NCBI GenBank assembly: GCA_963775225.1
Contig: CAVZHW010000007.1
Span: forward strand, 135,105 to 199,104
Direction: 5' to 3'
Origin: an uncultured Chloroflexia bacterium
GTDB taxonomy: Bacteria; Chloroflexota; Limnocylindria; Limnocylindrales; CSP1-4
Length of the DNA stretch: 64,000 bases
Within the stretch, counting starts at the first letter, position 1. Each line of letters starts with the position of its first letter. The notes below the pieces were generated by a model. The model did not search any database and was not told the origin of the DNA. It was given only the letters and a program-made list of their open reading frames with translations. Below, in pieces: positions 57,841 to 64,000 of this stretch. The position numbers and the translations under genes are program-made.

Positions 57841-60450
57841 GTGGCTGACAAACTTAAGGGCAAGACCACGCCTGTCCGCGCCTACCCGCACCCGTCGGAC
57901 AGCCGCGCCAACATCCCCACCGCCGAGCTCGAGTCGTTCGCCCGCCCCGAAGAGAAGAGGCCCGCGACCGTGCGCTACCCACGCGACCCCACACTCGACC
58001 CGCAACTCGTCTGGAAGGGCAAGGACGAGCAGGACGGCCACGACCTCGAGGTCCCGGCCGTCCCGATCTACATCCAGGAGACGATCGACCCGCTGGCGCT
58101 GATCGAGGAGTTGCGCGCCGAGAGCGAGGGCCGGCGCAGCGAACAGCAGCTCGGCTTCTTCGGCCCGTACAACGACCTGTCCTTCGAGGAGAAGGTCGAC
58201 TTCTACCGCCACGCCGGCAAGTGGACCAACAGGATGATCCTGGGCGACTCGCTGCTGGTCATGACCAGCCTGGCCGAGAAGGAAGGCCTGAAGGGCCAGG
58301 TCCAGACCATCTACGTGGACCCGCCCTACGGCATCAAGTTCGGCTCGAACTGGCAGGTCTCGACGCGCAAGCGCGACGTGCGCGACGGCAAGGACACCGA
58401 CCTGACGCGCCAGCCCGAGCAGGTGCGCGCGTATCGGGACACCTGGGAGCTCGGCATCCACTCGTACCTGAGCTACCTGCGCGATCGGTTGGCCGTGGCT
58501 CGGGAGCTGCTAACCGAGTCAGGCTCGATTTTCGTCCAGATTGGCGACGAGAATGTCCATCTCGTCCGGTCGGTGCTAGATGAGACGTTCGGGGCGACCA
58601 ACTTCGTGTCGCTCATACCGTTTGCTAAGACTGGCGGCCAAGCCGATCTCGCCCTTGGCGCCGTGGTCGACTATGTGATCTGGTACGCGAAGGATCGCGA
58701 CCGCGTCAAGGCTCGCCCGCTTATGCAGACGAAAAGTCGCGGCGGCACCGGTTCAGGTGAGTACTCATGGGTCCACCTACCCGACGGAACGCGCCGGCGT
58801 GCCACGAAGGAGGAGTCTGATAATCCCTCGCTCCTGCCCACAGCCACGCGCTTCTTCATCCCAGACAACTTGACGTCGGCCGATGTAACCGCGACGGGCA
58901 CATTTGACTACTCGGTTGATGGCCAAACGTTCTTTCCGAAGGGCGGGCATTGGAAGACAACCCGAGACGGCCTCGACCGACTTGGCGTCGCGGGCCGGCT
59001 GATAGTTCAGGGCGTCACGCTTCGCTACGTGCGGTACTACGACGACTTCCCCGTAACGCCGATGAGCAATCTCTGGGCAGATACGGCAGCACGCGGCTGG
59101 TTCGAGGACAAGGTATACGTCGTACAGACGACCGGCCGCGTGATTGAGCGCTGTTTGCTGATGACCACTGACCCGGGCGACCTCATAGTCGACCCCACTT
59201 GCGGATCAGGTACGGCTGCGTACGTGGCTGAGGGCTGGGGGAGGCGCTGGATCACGATCGACACCAGTCGCGTCGCGCTCGCTCTCGCCCGCTCGCGCCT
59301 CATGGCCGCCAAGTACCCGTACTACCTGCTCGCCGACTCGGAGCTCGGCGCCCGGAAGGAAGCCGAGGTTGGCGGCATCGCGCCACCGATGGCCTCCGCC
59401 TACGGCAACGACGTCCGGCGCGGCTTCGTCTACGAGCGCGTGCCGCACGTGACCCTCAAGTCGATCGCCCAGAACCCCTACATCCGCGAGGGCATGACGC
59501 GCGAGGAGATCGACGCCTCGATCGCCCGCCACGCCGAGACCGAGACGCTCTTCGACCGACCGTACGAGGACAAGAAGGCCGTTCGCGTGTCGGGCCCGTT
59601 CACCGTCGAGAGCCTGTCACCCCACCGCGTCTTGCGCACCGGGCCGGAGGACGAGGGCGCCGAGCCGCCGCCTTCGGCGCCTGACTCCGGCCAGTTCGTA
59701 ACCAGCATCCTCGACAACCTGCGCCGGGCCGGCGTCCAGAACACCAAGCGCGCGGAGCGCCTCGAGTTCAGCCGACTCGACCCATACCCGGGCGTCTATA
59801 TCCAGGCGACCGGCGAGTACGCCGAGAACAGCCACAGGAAGACGGTCGCGGTGGCGATCGGGCCTGAGTTCGGCACCGTCGGCCCCGAGCTAATCCGCGA
59901 CGCCGCCAAAGAGGCTGTCAAGATCGCCGATCTGCTCGTAGTTTGCGGCTTCGCATTCGACCCGCTGGCAGGGGAGGAGGCCCGCGAGCTCGGTCGCCTG
60001 ACCGTGCTCCAGGCGCGCATCTCGCCGGACCTGCTGGTCGGCGGGCTGAAGAACACCGGCGCCGGCAACCTCTTTCAGGTCTTCGGCGAGCCCGACATCG
60101 ACGTGCGGGAAACTTCCGACAACCAGCTGGTGGTAGAGATCCGGGGGCTGGACGTCTACGACCCGACCACAGGCCAGGTGCGCTCGAACGACATCGACGA
60201 CATCGCCGCCTGGTTCCTCGACACCAACTACGACGGCGACGCCTTCTTCGCCCGCCACGCGTACTTCACGGGCGCCGACGACCCCTACGACCGCCTCCGC
60301 CGCGCCCTGAGGGCTGACATTTCCCATGAGGCTTGGGCGACCGTCAACTCGAACAGCAGCCGAGCCTTTCCGCGCCCCTCCACCGGCAAGATCGCCGTCA
60401 AGGTCATCAACCACTATGGGGATGAAATCATGAAGGTGCTCGCAGCTTGA
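57841..60450 (+). CDS. mod: Beta-class N6-adenine/N4-cytosine DNA methyltransferase (Type III-like Mod)
   Basis: 869 aa. GTG follows GGAG. Motif IV VDPPYGIKF (~58315) precedes motif I DPTCGSGTAAYVAE (~59190), with a ~290-aa variable region between them. This is the beta-class order IV-TRD-I. Confidence 0.85.
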   Translation: MADKLKGKTTPVRAYPHPSDSRANIPTAELESFARPEEKRPATVRYPRDPTLDPQLVWKGKDEQDGHDLEVPAVPIYIQETIDPLALIEELRAESEGRRSEQQLGFFGPYNDLSFEEKVDFYRHAGKWTNRMILGDSLLVMTSLAEKEGLKGQVQTIYVDPPYGIKFGSNWQVSTRKRDVRDGKDTDLTRQPEQVRAYRDTWELGIHSYLSYLRDRLAVARELLTESGSIFVQIGDENVHLVRSVLDETFGATNFVSLIPFAKTGGQADLALGAVVDYVIWYAKDRDRVKARPLMQTKSRGGTGSGEYSWVHLPDGTRRRATKEESDNPSLLPTATRFFIPDNLTSADVTATGTFDYSVDGQTFFPKGGHWKTTRDGLDRLGVAGRLIVQGVTLRYVRYYDDFPVTPMSNLWADTAARGWFEDKVYVVQTTGRVIERCLLMTTDPGDLIVDPTCGSGTAAYVAEGWGRRWITIDTSRVALALARSRLMAAKYPYYLLADSELGARKEAEVGGIAPPMASAYGNDVRRGFVYERVPHVTLKSIAQNPYIREGMTREEIDASIARHAETETLFDRPYEDKKAVRVSGPFTVESLSPHRVLRTGPEDEGAEPPPSAPDSGQFVTSILDNLRRAGVQNTKRAERLEFSRLDPYPGVYIQATGEYAENSHRKTVAVAIGPEFGTVGPELIRDAAKEAVKIADLLVVCGFAFDPLAGEEARELGRLTVLQARISPDLLVGGLKNTGAGNLFQVFGEPDIDVRETSDNQLVVEIRGLDVYDPTTGQVRSNDIDDIAAWFLDTNYDGDAFFARHAYFTGADDPYDRLRRALRADISHEAWATVNSNSSRAFPRPSTGKIAVKVINHYGDEIMKVLAA

Positions 60451-63067
60451 GCGACTCACTGTTCTCCAAGTGGTACTTGGCCGACCTCCATGTTCATACC
60501 GTCGCGGACGCAAACCACCGATACCAAACAAGCAACCTTGACAAGGAGCCGAACGCAGCATTCGCCACTGAGCTCATCGAAGCGTCTTCCTCTGCAGGTG
60601 TGTCCGTCATCGCCGTGACCGATCACAACCGTGTCGACTGGTGGCCCGCTTTGCGAGACGCGGCGAAGAGGCGCGGCATCACCGTCTTTCCAGGGATTGA
60701 GATCAGTGTGAACCGTTGTCATCTCATCGGGATCTGGGAGGCAACTGCCGAGGGCTACGCACTCGCACAACGCTTTGCCAGCGGAATCCACCGTCCGGGA
60801 CAGTCGCCGTACGTTCATGGGAGTCCCCGGCCTGTGGCTAGCGGCAATGTGGAAGAAAACGCACGCAAGATCGTCGACCATGCCGGCCTTGTGCTCGCGC
60901 CGCACTCCACGAATCGTGGGCTCGGCTTCTTTGGCCCCGGTGTCTGCTCGAACTCCGATGAGATCGCACAGTCCGGCCTCATCTCCGCGTTTGATGTCTT
61001 TGGCAATCCGGGCGCCGACGTCTTGCAGAATCCAAGGTCGCAGTTCGGTGATGCGCTGCCGAGATGGATCCTAACCGGGGACACGCGATCGTTCGATGAT
61101 ATTGCACAGCGAGCCATATATCTCAAGCTTGGTGCACGTCCTACGCTCGAGGGCCTCCGGCAGGCGTTCCTGTCTCCAACCACGCGTATTCGCTTCCCCG
61201 AATCGACTCGGAGTGACTGGGGTCGTGTCAAGGGCGTTGCATTCACGAATGACGTCAGGCCGGCCTGGCCGCGATTGAGTCGACTGACTATCAAAGGAGG
61301 CTTTCACGATGGTCTCGAACTCCAGTTCGGCCCAGGCCTGAACGCCCTGATCGGGGGAAAGGGCACAGGCAAGTCAGCTGTCATCGAGATCATTCGTCAC
61401 GTTGTCGGAGCACTGCAACCGAACGAACGGTCTTTACTCGACAATCGTGCCCGGAACTTCCCGCAAATGCCGACGCTGAGATCACATTCATAGACAGCGA
61501 TGGCCAAGAATACTTGGTCCAACGAAGCGGTGGCAGCAGTCCCCCGCAGCTGCTAGTCGCTGGCGTGAAGAGCGAAGTGTACGTCTCACGTCGAGTGACC
61601 TTGAACATCTTTGGCCAGAGGCAACTTGGTGAGCTGGCATCCTCCGGTGCTCTCCGAGAGTTTCTGGCGCGGGGCCTCGCTGACGACTGGACCGCGCAGC
61701 TGGAGACTCAGCGCTTGCTCGTCCGCGACCTAGAGTCGAACGCTGCCGCCCTCGCATCAAAGGAGACTGCTCTCACCGATCTGGAGGACAAGGCCGCCGA
61801 GCGAAGCGACTACGTTGAGCGTATTGAACGCGCTCGCGCTGCCGGCGCTGACAAGGTCATAGCCAAGCTACAAGGCTTGAGTAGGGACAATCAGAAGTAT
61901 CGGCGGGCTCAGCAGTGGCCGGGAACCGCGTCCGATGCACTGCAGAAAGTCGCGGAATTGCTACCGCCGCCCACGCCGCCAAACGATCCTCCCGACATGG
62001 CCGAACTCGGAAGAAGCCTCACGGACGCCGGTGCCGCGATCTCACAGGCCCTCGACGACGCGACTGACGCCGTGGTGAAGTCCTCCGACGCCGTCAAGAC
62101 CGCGCGCGCAGTCTGGCTTGAGCACTACGAGCGACAGAAAGCGGTACTCGAAGGTGAGCTTGCAGCCGTGGGCATATCGAATCCCGCCGATCTCGCTGCA
62201 TGGCAGGGAAGACTTAGTGAGCTAGACGACGAACTGAGTGCTCTACCTACTGCGCGCTCATCCCGCTCGGCGCTCCTTAAGCAAAGGGAAGAGTTGCTGA
62301 CGCGATTGAGGGCCGGTTGGCGCGCGAAATCACGTCTTATCGAACAGGCAGCCGCGCGAGTTGCAACGTTGCTACCGCCTCGCGTAAGGCTCGTCACAGG
62401 CACTTTGCGTGATAGAACTGCATTCCGGACGGCGCTCGAACGTGCGGTTCAGGGCCAAGGAGTCCGCAGTGAGCAACTGGACAAGCTGTCAGTGCTCGAC
62501 CCGTCTACCGTTCTGAAGGCCGCGGAGACAGGGGTCGACGAACTCGTATCCCTCGGCGTAACAGCAAACACTGCCGCCAAGCTGGCGGCCATTTCTCCAA
62601 CAGAGCGCAGATCGATCGAGCTAGCGGAGATCCAAGACGAAGTTACCGTCGAAATGGACCCGTCGCCAGGTGGAACAGGCGAATGGCGGAATATTGGCGA
62701 TGTCTCTCCCGGCCAGCGCGCGACAGCACTCCTAGCGCTTGTCTTGGTCGGAGGCCACGAACCTCTAATCATCGATCAGCCAGAAGACGACCTCGATAAC
62801 CGCTACATATACGAAGAGGTCGTAGGCGTCTTAGGCCGGACCTGCGAGAAACGCCAGGTCATCGTTGCCACCCACAACGCCAACATACCGATCCTTGGCG
62901 ACGCTGAACTGATCGTGGCTCTCGATGCGTCCGCGACCCGTAGCAAAGTCATCGCAATGGGCGGGCTGGAGCTATCCAACGTCGCCGATTCGGCGCGGAC
63001 CATCCTCGAAGGAGGCGAGGAAGCGTTCCTCGCGAGGTCTCAGCGCTACTTGGGCACACGGACCTAG
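60447..63067 (+). CDS. PHP phosphoesterase fused to a Rad50/SMC-like ABC ATPase with a coiled coil, frameshifted
   Basis: TTG 60447 overlaps the mod stop (TTGA). PHP motifs: ADLHVHT, AVTDHN, GIEIS, APHS. Walker A GGKGTGKSA. The frame switch at ~61461-61466 (…NRARNF / ANADAEITFIDSDGQEYLVQR) joins ORF 60447-61493 to ORF 61514-63067. The second ORF has a ~300-aa Ala/Leu/Glu/Arg-rich helical region, then signature SPGQRA, Walker B LIIDQPEDDLD and H-loop ATHNANIP. Confidence 0.8.
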
Positions 63068-63149
63068 GCATTAACGGTACATAACTTCTCTTATCGGCAG
63101 TACCACGAGTTAGCCGGTGAGTGTGGGCAGACCTTCGGAAAAGTGACTT

Positions 63150-63557
63150 TCAGCCGGTGACGGAAAAGCCGAGGGCGGTAGCTGCGACCGAGAACTCGCG
63201 ATCATGGGTGGCAACCGTCACGTCGCCAAACTCATCGCGCAGGGCGAGAGCCGTCGCGAGGTGGATTGCGTCGAGCGTTCGCAAAGAGGTCGGGAACGGC
63301 TCGGCAGCTCGCTCGAGCAGCTCAGCGGAGACCGATACCAGCGCGATGCCGGCCACAACGGCGAGCGCTGCATTGCGCAGGCGCGCAGTGGTTTCGTCAT
63401 CCAGCCGCTGACTCAACCTCGTGCGATCGATGACGCGCAAGGACTCGACCCGCAGTAGCTCACTCGATACCGGGTGGTCGCCCTGCCAGCCAGTCAACTG
63501 GTCTGGTTCGCCGAAGAGCATGCGCAGGACGACTGACGAGTCGACGTATGTCGTCAA
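63150..63557 (-). CDS. vapC: PIN-domain toxin VapC
   Basis: MTTYVDSSVVLRML (N-terminal Asp), TLDAIHLATAL, VATHDREF. 4-nt overlap with vapB. Confidence 0.8.
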   Translation of the reverse strand: MTTYVDSSVVLRMLFGEPDQLTGWQGDHPVSSELLRVESLRVIDRTRLSQRLDDETTARLRNAALAVVAGIALVSVSAELLERAAEPFPTSLRTLDAIHLATALALRDEFGDVTVATHDREFSVAATALGFSVTG

Positions 63558-63808
63558 CGCCGGCCTCGCTCCTCCATGAGCAGCTCCAGGGAGCTCACTG
63601 GCAGATTGAGCGGCGGGTAGCTCCTGTTGATCACCTCCGCCAGGGAGCGTGTGGGTTCACGGATGACCAGGCGCGAATGCCGCTCGACTGGTACCAGGCG
63701 CGCGATCGCCCGATCATGATCGGTCACCTCGATGACCTCGCCCTTCTCCACCAAGCGCAGGTTCTTCGAGAGGTTGTTCTTGAGTTCGGCGACTCCGACC
63801 CGTTGCAT
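63554..63808 (-). CDS. vapB: Phd/YefM-type antitoxin of a VapBC module
   Basis: MQRVGVAELKNNLSKNLRLVEKGEVIEVTDHDRAIARLVP. Start set at ATG 63808 because of the promoter geometry. The ORF track starts at 63847. Confidence 0.75.
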   Translation of the reverse strand: MQRVGVAELKNNLSKNLRLVEKGEVIEVTDHDRAIARLVPVERHSRLVIREPTRSLAEVINRSYPPLNLPVSSLELLMEERGRR

Positions 63809-63813
63809 GGCCA

Positions 63814-63843
63814 TATCTAGCCATGACATGACCACAATGTCAA
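63814..63843 (-). promoter_or_regulatory. Consensus-like promoter placed for a leaderless vapB mRNA
   Basis: On the minus strand: TTGACA (63843-63838), 18 nt, TAGATA (63819-63814), 5 nt, ATG 63808. Confidence 0.5.
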
Positions 63844-63868
63844 GCATGGCGCCGGTCTCGAAGGACGC

Positions 63869-64000
63869 TCACGCGAGCGCGCGGTCGACGTCGGTCGGTG
63901 TGATGACTTCGACCACGGCGCTGACGCGCGTCGCTAGTCGCGCGTCACTCGTCACCAATGGAGCGCCAAGGCGCTGCGCGAGGGCGACGTATTCGGCGTC
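63869..64000 (-). CDS. C-terminal part of another PIN-domain (VapC-like) toxin, gene continues past the window end
   Basis: Reading from 64000: DAEYVALAQRLGAPLVTSDARLATRVSAVVEVITPTDVDRALA-stop. The 'D..Y.ALA...g.pL.T.D..l' pattern is the PIN C-terminal motif. Confidence 0.6.
   Translation of the reverse strand, partial: DAEYVALAQRLGAPLVTSDARLATRVSAVVEVITPTDVDRALA

Noticed and set aside
54660-58461. Long minus-strand ORFs inside the R-M operon (54660-55886, 55682-56290, 57379-58461)
   Set aside because: They are antisense to res, HEPN and mod, all of which carry intact catalytic motifs. There is no independent support.
63068-63149. Lower-GC spacer after the PHP-ATPase gene, with a GGTAC...GTACC inverted repeat and a CCGGTGA direct repeat
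   Set aside because: The stem is only 5 bp with a 19-nt loop and no T-tract, so it is not a convincing terminator. The second CCGGTGA copy is just the vapC stop region.
52025-64000. Mobile-element hallmarks around the defence island
   Set aside because: I found no integrase, transposase or recombinase ORFs, no tRNA, and no terminal inverted or direct repeats inside the window, so I make no mobile_element call.

Overview
This is a high-GC chromosomal segment: counts on a few 60-nt lines give about 68-70% in core genes. It looks like a Terrabacteria-type genome (Actinomycetota/Chloroflexota-like), based on many F420/LLM/PPOX/DDN-type enzymes and promoters placed for leaderless mRNAs. I can support about 60 protein-coding genes. 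Most are ordinary metabolism and regulation: PFOR (nifJ) plus a DHOD-like gene, GH65 phosphorylase plus beta-phosphoglucomutase-type HAD, inositol-3-phosphate synthase, EttA, an ABC-2 exporter, a large LuxR/LAL regulator, an ECF sigma factor, a diguanylate cyclase, an ArsR-permease-thioredoxin-like operon and several oxidoreductases. Toxin-antitoxin modules are unusually dense: 4 complete VapBC, 1 partial VapC, Phd/RelE, TacAT, a decayed HicBA and MNT/HEPN. The last ~12 kb (52-64 kb) is a defence island. Its core is a tightly packed five-gene operon at 53787-63067: Type III-like Res helicase-nuclease, wHTH-nucleotidyltransferase, HEPN, beta-class Mod methyltransferase, and a PHP phosphoesterase fused to a Rad50/SMC-like ABC ATPase. 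This is my best candidate for an undescribed composite system. I saw no rRNA, tRNA, CRISPR array, transposase or integrase. At least eight otherwise intact genes are broken by frameshifts, including the housekeeping-type ettA. That pattern suggests assembly indels in most cases, but the GGDEF/HD-GYP sensor has at least 6 frame changes and looks truly eroded. Several short relics of paralogous genes (ino1, pepE-like, S4-domain, HNH, MmyB-like) are scattered in intergenic DNA. All functional calls come from motif recognition by eye. No database search was run.
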